NCBI GenBank assembly: GCA_944392665.1
Contig: CALXXJ010000001.1
Span: 96,754-160,753 of the forward strand
Direction of reading: 5' to 3'
From: an uncultured Clostridia bacterium
GTDB lineage: Bacteria; Bacillota; Clostridia; TANB77; CAG-508
Length of the DNA stretch: 64,000 nt
The translations under genes and the position numbers were made by a program. The first letter of the stretch is position 1, and each line of letters begins with the position of its first letter. Of the stretch, positions 1-8,209 are shown piece by piece. The notes under the pieces are model-generated. The model did not search any database and was not told where the DNA came from. It saw only the letters and a program-made list of their open reading frames with translations.

Positions 1-309
1 ATTTAAAGCATTTTTTGAATTTTCTTTTGCTATATAGATTTCATCTTCTTGGTCTTCTATTTTAACAAAGCCAAAACCTTTTTGATTTTTTCTATAAATC
101 CCATCATAATAGACTGCATCTACTGGTCTATATTGATTTTTTCTATTTTTTTGGATTTTCATTTCCATTTCTAGCTTTCCTAATATCCTTAAAAGCTCAT
201 TATATTCACTCTTTGGAACATGCATAATCATGGCAATTTCTTTTGCCTTCATTGGTGCATAATCCTTATCTTTTATTAAATTTAAAACTTTCAGTTCCTG
301 TTCTTCCAT
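1..309 (-). CDS. rnr: Ribonuclease R, N-terminal fragment (gene runs off the left edge)
   Basis: Own translation from ATG at 309: MEEQELKVLNLIKDKDYAPMKAKEIAMIMHVPKSEYNELLRILGKLEMEMKIQKNRKNQYRPVDAVYYDGIYRKNQKGFGFVKIEDQEDEIYIAKENSKNALN. It has an HTH-like N-terminus followed by a cold-shock-type GFGFV motif, as in RNase R. secG-rnr synteny is common in Firmicutes. Absent from the ORF track because it is truncated by the window. Confidence 0.7.
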   Translation of the reverse strand, partial: MEEQELKVLNLIKDKDYAPMKAKEIAMIMHVPKSEYNELLRILGKLEMEMKIQKNRKNQYRPVDAVYYDGIYRKNQKGFGFVKIEDQEDEIYIAKENSKNALN

Positions 310-339
310 TAACATTCCTTTCTTTTTGGTATCCAATTT

Positions 340-420
340 GGGACGTTTCTGTTTGGGACAAACTCCCCGTCCTCTATGACAACCTAAAATTCAAAAAAAG
401 GGAAAAATGAGTCCGTCCCC
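340..420. repeat. Dispersed intergenic repeat, copy A (GGGACGTTTCTGTTTGGGACA plus inverted partial copies CCCCGTCC and GTCCGTCCCC)
   Basis: Read directly in the secG-rnr intergenic region. Same core as the copies at 4390, 6703, 18950 and 23363. Confidence 0.8.
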
Positions 421-436
421 AAAATCCCTTTTCTTT

Positions 437-685
437 TTATGCCATATATAATATTCCTAATACAATTGTTAATATTGCAAATACAATTGTTAATATCACT
501 GTCCATCTTTTTTGTTTTCCTTCTTTTGTTCTGCTTTTATTTTTTTCAAAGAAGTTATTAGTTGATGAACCTGTGATTGTTGAAGATAGTCCTGAATCTT
601 CTTTTGATTGTAATAAAGCCAATATAATTAATGCTAATGCTACTATAAAATATATAACAATCAATATCCATTTTGCTATTTCCAT
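437..685 (-). CDS. secG: Preprotein translocase subunit SecG
   Basis: 82 aa with two TM helices flanking a G/S/T-rich loop (LLQSKEDSGLSSTITGSS), which is typical SecG size and layout. Sits next to rnr. Confidence 0.75.
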   Translation of the reverse strand: MEIAKWILIVIYFIVALALIILALLQSKEDSGLSSTITGSSTNNFFEKNKSRTKEGKQKRWTVILTIVFAILTIVLGILYMA

Positions 686-890
686 GTTTTATCTCATTCC
701 TTTCTCTTGTCTAATTGAAAAATTACATTCTAATTATATCCTAATTATTTTTTACTCTTTTTCAATTTGCTAATCGTTTTTTACTCTCGAATTATACTTT
801 GCTATTTTAACATATATTTTTATAAAATGCAAATGTTTTTCACATAAATAGCAATTAATTTTCATTATATGTTACTTTTACAATTCCTTA

Positions 891-1847
891 TTAATTTTCA
901 TTTATAATTTTTTCAATTGATTGTTCTCTCATTTCTTTTATAACTTTACAACTATTGTTTAATTTTTTTTGGTCTTTTTCATTTAATTCAAGATTTAATA
1001 ATTCTCTTACTCCATTTTTATTGATGATTGCTGGTACACCAATATAGATATCTTCTTGTCCATATGCATTATCTAAATAAGTAGAAACTGTTAAAATAGA
1101 ATTTTCATCATCTAAAATAGCTCTTACTAGTCTATTTAATGCCATACCAATTCCATAATATGTTGCTTTTTTCTTCTCAATAATTTCATATGCAGCATTA
1201 ACAACTTCTTCATGCATTTTATTTAATTTATCCATTGGATGATGATTATCTTTCATAACATCTGTGATTCTTTTACATCCTACATAACAATGTTCCCATG
1301 GTACAAATGAAGAATCTCCATGTTCTCCCATGATATATGCATGTATATTTTTACTTGATATTTTTAAATATTGTCCTACTATATATCTTAATCTTGCTGT
1401 ATCTAAAACTGTTCCTGAACCAATAACTTGATTTTTTGGTAATCCAGATACTTCTGCAACAACATATGTCATTAAATCTACTGGGTTACTTGCAACAACA
1501 ATAATTCCATTAAATCCACTTGCCATAATGCTTTTTGTAATATCTTTCATAATTTTTGCATTGACTTCTGCTAATTCTAATCTTGTTTGTCCTGGTTTTT
1601 GTGCAATACCTGCTGTAATGACAACTACTTGTGCATCTTTACATTCATCATAATCTCCTGCTCTAATGATCATTTTTTGTGGTGCATATGGTAATCCATG
1701 TGCTAAATCCATTTCTTCTCCAATGGTTTTATCTTTATTAATATCTATTAAGATAAGTTCTTGAATTCCTCCTCTGTTTAACATTGAGTATGCCATACTC
1801 ATTCCAACAAATCCTGTTCCTACTAAAACAACTTTTCCTTTTTTCAT
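891..1847 (-). CDS. ldh: L-lactate dehydrogenase
   Basis: Contains KVVLVGTGFVG (Rossmann GxGxxG), DINKDKTIGEEMDLAHG, VITAGIAQKPGQTRLEL and GEHGDS, all canonical L-LDH motifs. The ORF track starts at 1874. The ATG at 1847 (MKKGKVVLVG) is preferred because of an AAGGA about 9 nt upstream and the usual LDH N-terminus. Confidence 0.9.
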   Translation of the reverse strand: MKKGKVVLVGTGFVGMSMAYSMLNRGGIQELILIDINKDKTIGEEMDLAHGLPYAPQKMIIRAGDYDECKDAQVVVITAGIAQKPGQTRLELAEVNAKIMKDITKSIMASGFNGIIVVASNPVDLMTYVVAEVSGLPKNQVIGSGTVLDTARLRYIVGQYLKISSKNIHAYIMGEHGDSSFVPWEHCYVGCKRITDVMKDNHHPMDKLNKMHEEVVNAAYEIIEKKKATYYGIGMALNRLVRAILDDENSILTVSTYLDNAYGQEDIYIGVPAIINKNGVRELLNLELNEKDQKKLNNSCKVIKEMREQSIEKIINEN

Positions 1848-1994
1848 ACAATCCATTCCTTTCTCTTTATTCATTTTCCTACAATAGTATACTACTTTTC
1901 TCTTGAAATTTAAAGATTTTTTGTATAATTTATTTTACTTTTTTCTATACTTATGATATAATTTAGCAAATAATCAAAGTAAGGAGTGCTATTT

Positions 1995-2534
1995 ATGAGT
2001 TCACATTCAAATAATACTACTACTTTGGCTGAAAATAAGGTATTAATCCTATATATTTTAAATCTAATTGATGGAGATATTGTTCAAGATGGATTGTTTA
2101 AAATTATTTCTTCTATTAATAACTTAAATTATTTTTATTTTAAACAAATCTTAACAGATTTAATTGATTCAAAGCTAGTAGGTGTTTATACAAAAGAAGA
2201 TGAACAAGTATTAAGAATCACTACTGAAGGAAAAAATGCATACATTCTAACCAAAGATGTTATGCCTGGAATATTAAAATTAAAAGCAGATAGTGTTTTC
2301 AAAAAAGAGTTTTCTAATATTGAGGAAGCTTCTTCTGTTATTGCTGAATTTACTCCAAAAGATGAAAACAATTATACTGTAACATTAAAAATCGTAGAAA
2401 ATAATGAAACCATTTTTGAAGTAAAAACATATGCTGGCTCAAGAGAAAGAGCTAAAAAAATTGTGGAGAATTGGAAAAACCATGCCAATACTATATATCC
2501 CAATATTTTGAATACTTTATTTGAAGGTAATTAA
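1995..2534 (+). CDS. DUF4364-like small cytoplasmic protein (putative winged-helix regulator)
   Basis: The only plus-strand gene. TAAGGAG RBS 8 nt before the ATG at 1995. The N-terminus LAENKVLILYILNLI...NYFYFKQILTDLIDSKLV resembles the clostridial DUF4364 family as I recall it. Not verified by search. Confidence 0.5.
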   Translation: MSSHSNNTTTLAENKVLILYILNLIDGDIVQDGLFKIISSINNLNYFYFKQILTDLIDSKLVGVYTKEDEQVLRITTEGKNAYILTKDVMPGILKLKADSVFKKEFSNIEEASSVIAEFTPKDENNYTVTLKIVENNETIFEVKTYAGSRERAKKIVENWKNHANTIYPNILNTLFEGN

Positions 2535-2573
2535 TAACAATAGTAAAATTTTATCCATCTAAGCATGATATCT

Positions 2574-2611
2574 AAAAAACTCGTAAATGAACTAAACATT
2601 TACGAGTTTTT
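2574..2611. terminator. Bidirectional rho-independent terminator between convergent genes
   Basis: AAAAAA-CTCGTAAATG-aactaaa-CATTTACGAG-TTTT: a 10-bp stem with an A-run on one side and a T-run on the other. Confidence 0.65.
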
Positions 2612-2668
2612 ACATATTCAATTTTAATTTGGTCGAATTCAAACACTTTTAATTATTAATATTTATTT

Positions 2669-4351
2669 CTAGAATATTGTTATTCTAAATCCAATACTCC
2701 AATATGTTTGTGTACTAGTATTATTGCTTCTAGTATTTACAGTTAGTTCAGAAGAAGCACTGCTCTCATATGATCCACCTCTTATAACACATGGTTGAGA
2801 ACCTATATTTGAATTTTCCAAAGTCCATTCCCATACATTTCCTGCTAAGTCTAATATATTTTGTTTTCCAAAAGCAGTATTGGCTCCTGTTGATAACAAT
2901 ACAGATCTTGCTGAAGTTTTATCATAAGGTGCTTGTAGCCATTGTGAACCATTATTTAGTGAATATTGCGCACTTTCATTTACTATATTGTATATACTTG
3001 ACTGATAATTTCCCCAAGATGTACTATTATTTATTAGTTGAGATTGAATTGTTCCAATCGCTGTTCCCTGTGCTACTGCCTTTGCCTCTATATATTTTTG
3101 TACTAAATCCCATTGAATACCAAATAATAGACTTCCTGAATATCCATTTGTACTTGTCTTACTTGCCAATGTTTGTGCTTGACTACATGTTACCCAATTG
3201 ATTGGATATTGATTTGGTTGAGACATTGGAACTAAATCTGCAATAGATGCACTACCATTATTTCTCTTTGTATTTGTTCCAGCTTCATATCTTGATATAT
3301 AGAAACCTCCATGTTGATAAACACTCTTTAACATTTTTTGCTTTAACTCAGTATATTCACTACTTGATAATCCTGTTGTGTCTTCTGAATAATATGTATC
3401 ACTTGCTGAAGTTCCATTTCTATATGTTGAAGCATAAGTATGTAAATCATTTTCAATTTTTTGATATTCTTCATCTGTAAAATCTTTTATACTAATACCA
3501 GCTGTTGGATATACACTTGCAAGTTTTGGTACTTCTATCCAAACATACTCATTTCCAGAAGAATCTTGAATAACTAATCCTGTTTCTAATGTTGTGCCTT
3601 CTACTTGTGTGAAATCAGAATTTGGTAAATATGGTCTCGTACCAGGTCCATTTGGTAGATTTCCTGTTCCTCCTATAATTTCATCATTTGCTTGATATGA
3701 ATCAATACTTAACGTGATATCCATTGCTGAAGTGGCATCTGGATTGTCTATAAAATATTTTCCTACTGTATATCCCCACTCTGTATCTAATTCATCATTA
3801 TCCCCTGGCCATTTAGCTGTCACTTCTAAGTATGCATCATCCTGTGCTGCTACTTGCAGAGAATGTTCGATTTCCAGTGTGAATGGAAATTTTTCAGGAT
3901 CATTGATGATAATTCCTTTTGACAAGAGTTCTCCTGTTTCTGGATCTGACTCTAATGTTGGTTCTGCTATCATTATATAATTTTCTGTTGTAGGTTGTTC
4001 TCCTTCTGGTACTAATTCATAAGAGACTCCAACAATCGATATTGCTTGTATTTGATAGCTTAAATCTACTAATGCTTCTCCATTATTTAAAATATCTACT
4101 TTTACAACTTGATCTTCCATCTGTGGATATAATGTAGGAAATTCAATTCCAATTGGATTTTCCTTTTTTTCACCATTTATATAATATTCCATATCCCATG
4201 CTGCCACATGTATGTTTAAGCTTGGATTTAATATTTTTGTATAGGCAAACCATGCAAATGTGGTCATAATAAGGGTAAAAATAACGATTAAAAATTTTCT
4301 AAATTGATTCTTTTCGTTTGATTTTCTATGTTTACGCAATATATTGCTCAT
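2669..4351 (-). CDS. Secreted or anchored protein: TasA-class N-terminal signal (TFAWF) plus C-terminal FGE/SUMF1 (formylglycine-generating-enzyme-like) domain
   Basis: N-terminus KFLIVIFTLIMTTFAWFAYTK. The following region is homologous to the 9394..10098 product (AAWDMEYYING...LYPQMED versus TPWDVRYYVDD...LYPGMPD). The C-terminus has GGFYISRYEAG, LAGNVWEWTLE, RGGSY and IGFRI, which are FGE-sulfatase family signatures. Confidence 0.8.
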   Translation of the reverse strand: MSNILRKHRKSNEKNQFRKFLIVIFTLIMTTFAWFAYTKILNPSLNIHVAAWDMEYYINGEKKENPIGIEFPTLYPQMEDQVVKVDILNNGEALVDLSYQIQAISIVGVSYELVPEGEQPTTENYIMIAEPTLESDPETGELLSKGIIINDPEKFPFTLEIEHSLQVAAQDDAYLEVTAKWPGDNDELDTEWGYTVGKYFIDNPDATSAMDITLSIDSYQANDEIIGGTGNLPNGPGTRPYLPNSDFTQVEGTTLETGLVIQDSSGNEYVWIEVPKLASVYPTAGISIKDFTDEEYQKIENDLHTYASTYRNGTSASDTYYSEDTTGLSSSEYTELKQKMLKSVYQHGGFYISRYEAGTNTKRNNGSASIADLVPMSQPNQYPINWVTCSQAQTLASKTSTNGYSGSLLFGIQWDLVQKYIEAKAVAQGTAIGTIQSQLINNSTSWGNYQSSIYNIVNESAQYSLNNGSQWLQAPYDKTSARSVLLSTGANTAFGKQNILDLAGNVWEWTLENSNIGSQPCVIRGGSYESSASSELTVNTRSNNTSTQTYWSIGFRITIF

Positions 4352-4389
4352 TTATATATTTTACCCTCCTTTTCTCATTTGTATATTCC

Positions 4390-4429
4390 CTTTTTGTCCT
4401 TTTGGGGACGTTTCTTTTTGGGACATTTT
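4390..4429. repeat. Dispersed repeat, copy B (left arm of a perfect 40-bp inverted pair)
   Basis: CTTTTTGTCCTTTTGGGGACGTTTCTTTTTGGGACATTTT. Its exact reverse complement lies at 6703..6742. Confidence 0.9.
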
Positions 4430-4436
4430 ATAAAAT

Positions 4437-5342
4437 CTACATTTCTTTTTCTATTTTTTCTATTTCTTCTCTTGATAATTTTGTTACTTTCATGATTGTT
4501 TCAATTGGCATTTTTTCTTTTAACATTGATTTTGCTATTTCTTTTTTGTTTTGTTCAATTCCTTGTTCTCTTCCTATTTCAATTCCTTCTTTTTTACCTT
4601 TCTTTATTCCGTGTTCTTCTCCACTCTTAAATCCAATATCTTTTCCTGCATCAAATATTGAGTTTTCATCCCTTATTGCCTTCTCTCTCAAAAATGCTAT
4701 TCTTCTTTCTTCTTCATCTCCTGTTAAGTATTCATATTCTTCTTGTGCCTTTTTGATTTCTTTATTTTTACTCATAGCATTTTTTACCTCCTTCTCATCT
4801 ATTTGACTAATAAAATCCATCCACATATCTAACTTTGTTTTCATATCTTTTCTTTGTTTCTTAAATTTAGGAATTTGTATAAAATGGATTTCTATTTTAT
4901 CTGTTAATATTTTATATAAATATTCTCTTCTTAGTCTTGCAATTTCATGATATGGACCTTCGTCAAATTCGTTATAATCTAATATATTAATAGCTATTAC
5001 CTTTTTTATTTCTTTATAGTCCGCACCTTTTTGTAAAACATTATAATATAATCCTGACCAATAAAATAGTGTTCTTTCAATCATATTATATCGATTTATA
5101 ATTTGAATTTCAATATTTACAATTGTCTCTTCATCCACTTTCGCTTTTAAATCTAAAATTCCCAATTTATTACTTTCTAATTGTCTTTCTAAATTCGTAT
5201 CTGCTATTACTTCAATACTTTTTATTTTAATTTGTAAAATTGAATTCAATAAATCTTTTAATATACTTTCATTTCCCTTTTTAGCAAATATTTTCTTAAA
5301 TATGTAATCATTTGTTACTTTTAATTGTGTCTCTCTATTCAA
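4437..5342 (-). CDS. Rpn/YhgA-like PD-(D/E)xK recombination-promoting nuclease / putative transposase
   Basis: N-terminus NDYIFKKIFAKKGNESILKDLLNSIL...LGILDLKAKVDEETIVNIEIQ is characteristic of the Rpn (PDDEXK_2, TIGR01784-type) family. The C-terminal half is a charged helical tail. TTG start at 5342 with AGGAGG 7 nt upstream. Confidence 0.7.
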   Translation of the reverse strand: MNRETQLKVTNDYIFKKIFAKKGNESILKDLLNSILQIKIKSIEVIADTNLERQLESNKLGILDLKAKVDEETIVNIEIQIINRYNMIERTLFYWSGLYYNVLQKGADYKEIKKVIAINILDYNEFDEGPYHEIARLRREYLYKILTDKIEIHFIQIPKFKKQRKDMKTKLDMWMDFISQIDEKEVKNAMSKNKEIKKAQEEYEYLTGDEEERRIAFLREKAIRDENSIFDAGKDIGFKSGEEHGIKKGKKEGIEIGREQGIEQNKKEIAKSMLKEKMPIETIMKVTKLSREEIEKIEKEM

Positions 5343-5897
5343 TAAATTTCCTCCTTTATTTTACTAAATTTTTCTTTTTTCTTCAACTCTTTCTTATTAT
5401 TTTTTGAAATTTTATAAGACTTTTTGTTGTACCTCAATATAAGAACAGTAAACGTGTCCAATCGTTCAAATTCTAAATAATAGTGGATTTTTTATTGAGT
5501 AAAATTTGATATATTGATATAAAGCTAATGAAATTTAAAATCATTCTAAATATAATAAAAAACTAATAATAGAATACAAAATTAATTAATAACTAAACAT
5601 TTTTTATCTATGTATATATATAAACACATTCTTCTAATTTTTTCAACAACATATGCACACTTTTCGTCGCAAATTTCGACAAAATAGTTTTATTCTTAAT
5701 GTCCAGATAAAAATGTCTCAAAGAGATACAAATCTCAATAAGACATATAATTTTTTGAAAAACTATATACTTTTTCAAAAAATTAGTGTATAATTAAATA
5801 AATATTAGAATACTATAATATTGTAGATAGATATTCTACTAGGTCTGAAATAGTTTACTAAATTAGGACCTGACCCGAGTTGATGCCAAGCGTCAAC

Positions 5898-5925
5898 AAA
5901 AGCCATTCATACGAATGGCTTTTTT
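5898..5925. terminator. Rho-independent terminator (bidirectional potential)
   Basis: AAA-AGCCATTC-atac-GAATGGCT-TTTTT. It lies 17 nt downstream of the minus-strand DUF3800 stop. It could also end a plus-strand transcript. Confidence 0.6.
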
Positions 5926-5941
5926 ATGTTTTCTTCTCACT

Positions 5942-6685
5942 TTATATTCTTTTATTTTTTAACAAATTTATAATATGTCTAAAATCTTTACCTCTAAAGA
6001 AAAATTTTTCAGCATTAGTAAATGGAATATTATTTTTCCTTTTATAATCTAGTTTATCAATTACAGTTAGCATATCTGAAACTTGAAATAATCTTTTCTC
6101 TGTGTGATTAAATTTTATTCTTCTTTCTACTTTTGCATTAGTAACGAATAAAGTATCTAATATAGTCGCTAATGTCTCTTGTCCATTATCATAGTAAATA
6201 ACAATTTTATCAAATGCATCTAGGTAGTCTTGATTATTACTTATAAAATTACTAATATCTCTTGCTAATATGATATTTAATTGCATTTTTTTATTTATAT
6301 ATCTTTTATCTACTATAACAGTTCTTATTTTAACTTTTACTCTAATTGAAAAATAAAATATTGCCCAAAATATGCTTTTTCTTTTTTCAAAGTTGAAATG
6401 AGAGTAATCACCTCTTTTGGCAATAAGATATGCTAAATGAATCATACCATTGTAATGAAGAGCACCTAATTTTTTATTTAGATATTTTAATTCATTTTCT
6501 ATTGAATTAGAACTTTCATGTAATGTAAAAGAAACTGCATATAAATCTGAACTTCCTTTCACAAAGCCAAAATCTCCACTTTCATCTACAAATATATTTA
6601 ATCGTTTTATTCTTGATATGTCATATATAAGAATATTGTAAAGAGAAACGTTATAAAGAAACCAAAAATGTCCCCAATTGGACAC
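5942..6685 (-). CDS. DUF3800 family protein (start uncertain)
   Basis: NIFVDESGDFG is the DUF3800 N-terminal signature. The first ~25 codons of the tracked ORF (to 6757) are encoded by the dispersed repeat (VLLGTFLFGTF), so they are probably not coding. The only in-frame canonical start closer to DESG is the GTG at 6685, which has a weak RBS. The true N-terminus may be disrupted. Confidence 0.5.
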   Translation of the reverse strand: MSNWGHFWFLYNVSLYNILIYDISRIKRLNIFVDESGDFGFVKGSSDLYAVSFTLHESSNSIENELKYLNKKLGALHYNGMIHLAYLIAKRGDYSHFNFEKRKSIFWAIFYFSIRVKVKIRTVIVDKRYINKKMQLNIILARDISNFISNNQDYLDAFDKIVIYYDNGQETLATILDTLFVTNAKVERRIKFNHTEKRLFQVSDMLTVIDKLDYKRKNNIPFTNAEKFFFRGKDFRHIINLLKNKRI

Positions 6686-6742
6686 AACTCTCAATAAGAC
6701 AAAAAATGTCCCAAAAAGAAACGTCCCCAAAAGGACAAAAAG
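6665..6742. repeat. Dispersed repeat, copy C (partial unit 6665..6684 plus right arm 6703..6742 of the 40-bp inverted pair)
   Basis: AAAATGTCCCCAATTGGACA ... AAAATGTCCCAAAAAGAAACGTCCCCAAAAGGACAAAAAG. Confidence 0.9.
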
Positions 6743-6782
6743 AACCATAATTACCAAACTATTTGTTTGATTATTATGGTTC
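6733..6782 (-). terminator. Rho-independent terminator after the major TasA-like gene
   Basis: Minus-strand reading: GAACCATAAT..(CAAAC-aaata-GTTTG)..ATTATGGTTC followed by TTTTT. Confidence 0.5.
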
Positions 6783-6831
6783 TTCTTATTATATTTATCA
6801 TCTCATTCTATATTTTCATATTTTTGGGATA

Positions 6832-8112
6832 TTAGCCACCTACACCATCTGTTGCTGAACCTGGTTTGCTTAATCCAACATCAATTGTTAATCCTCCACC
6901 TAGTGAAGCATAGTTGATACAGTCAACGTCTTGTCCTTCTAGCCATACATACATTCTCATATGGATATATTTACCTGGTGCAATTGCAAAATCAGTTGTA
7001 CCATCTTTAACACTCTTTAATTGAATTGGATTGTCTGCTATGATACCTGTATTAGGTGTTTTTACTGTATTTTGTTTTACTAATCCAGCTGCTGCTGCTG
7101 CTGTATCCCAATTATATATATCAGCTATAGTTTGTGAAACAGATGTTGCTGTTAAAGCATATGTAGGTACTGGATCATCTGCATCAAATCTACTTGTACC
7201 TGATGTTAAACTTGTTCTATCTGTTGATGATAATGTTAATTTGTTGTTATTTTGTACTATGTAATCAACATGTGCTGCATATGTTGTAATTGTTGGACTT
7301 GTTCCAACTTGTGCACCACTTGCATTTGGTTCCCAAATAGCTACATCTGTGATTAAACGATCAGCACCAGTAGTCGCTTGTAATATATCTGCTTGACTTG
7401 GTGTATTATTAACTAATGTCGTATCCTCTAAATCTGAATCCTCATCAAATATAGCAAATGCTACTCTTAATGTGTTTTGTAAACCTGTTGACTCTCTTGA
7501 TGATTCATTTAAATTAATTGATGAATTGCTTTCAATTCTAAGTAAATCTTTTGTATTTCCTGTAATCGCTTCTGTTGAAGAAGAGTTTTGTAGGAAGAAG
7601 TCAATTGCATAATATCCTGAATCAGCATCAGCTGCTAATTTTGCAACATTAGTTAATTTCTTTCCTGACTCAACATCTCCTCTATACATATTTAAATCAT
7701 TTAATCCAATACCTTCATTGCTTTGTGCTGTTGTAGAAGCTGGTAATAATTCACTTGGTACTAAATTTGTACGTGCTTGATAAGTATACTCTCCACCTGC
7801 ACCTTGTTTCCAAGGATTTACTAATGATACCATATCATCATCTGTCCATCCATTGTTTGTATTGGTTTGTGCAAAATATGCTGATGCATTATCTGTCAAA
7901 TCAATTTCGTTTGCCCAGTTTAAAGCATCTAATGAAATTTGTAGACCTTCAGCTACGTTTACTTGTCCTTCTAGTCCACCTAATGTTACGTTTCTCTGTG
8001 TAGAGAACCACGCATAGGTTGCTACAATCAATAAGATTGCTGTAAATGCTACTAATAAAATTAATGCATTTAATCTTTTTCTTGAGTTTCTTTGAATGTT
8101 TTCTTCTCTCAT
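6832..8112 (-). CDS. TasA/camelysin-class secreted fibre-subunit candidate (SipW-cognate signal), paralogue 1
   Basis: N-terminus ALILLVAFTAILLIVATYAWFSTQRNVTLGG. Good RBS (AAGGGAG). Clear paralogue of 61080..62216, sharing ATYAWFSTQRNV, TGLQNT.RVAFA, DVAIWEPN, DYIVQNNNK, QTIADIY.WD and WLEGQDVDCINYAS. Has its own terminator. Confidence 0.85.
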   Translation of the reverse strand: MREENIQRNSRKRLNALILLVAFTAILLIVATYAWFSTQRNVTLGGLEGQVNVAEGLQISLDALNWANEIDLTDNASAYFAQTNTNNGWTDDDMVSLVNPWKQGAGGEYTYQARTNLVPSELLPASTTAQSNEGIGLNDLNMYRGDVESGKKLTNVAKLAADADSGYYAIDFFLQNSSSTEAITGNTKDLLRIESNSSINLNESSRESTGLQNTLRVAFAIFDEDSDLEDTTLVNNTPSQADILQATTGADRLITDVAIWEPNASGAQVGTSPTITTYAAHVDYIVQNNNKLTLSSTDRTSLTSGTSRFDADDPVPTYALTATSVSQTIADIYNWDTAAAAAGLVKQNTVKTPNTGIIADNPIQLKSVKDGTTDFAIAPGKYIHMRMYVWLEGQDVDCINYASLGGGLTIDVGLSKPGSATDGVGG

Positions 8113-8209
8113 TTTTTACTCCCTTTCTTTCTTTAAATTTATTTATATAAAAAAACTTATAAACATTTTAGTCTTTTGTGTGATTTGTTCACAAAAGTTT
8201 ACAACATAA

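Noticed and set aside
4318-4806. 162-aa plus-strand ORF, and similar plus-strand ORFs at 14626..15438, 20668..21189, 8811..9195 and 62360..62542.
   Set aside because: They are antisense to well-supported minus-strand genes or cross the repeat. Their F/L/S-rich low-complexity translations are typical of the antisense of K/E-rich coding sequence.
4437-6757. A prophage or ICE fragment.
   Set aside because: There is no integrase, recombinase, or phage structural or conjugation gene. Only an Rpn-like nuclease and DUF3800 are present. A small repeat-bounded cassette explains it better.
8173-8197. The hairpin CTTTTGTG-tgatttgtt-CACAAAAG between 8210..9010 and 6832..8112 as a terminator.
   Set aside because: The stem is only 8 bp with a 9-nt loop, and no U-tract follows on the coding strand. 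It could be a minor processing or pausing site, but the evidence is too weak to annotate.
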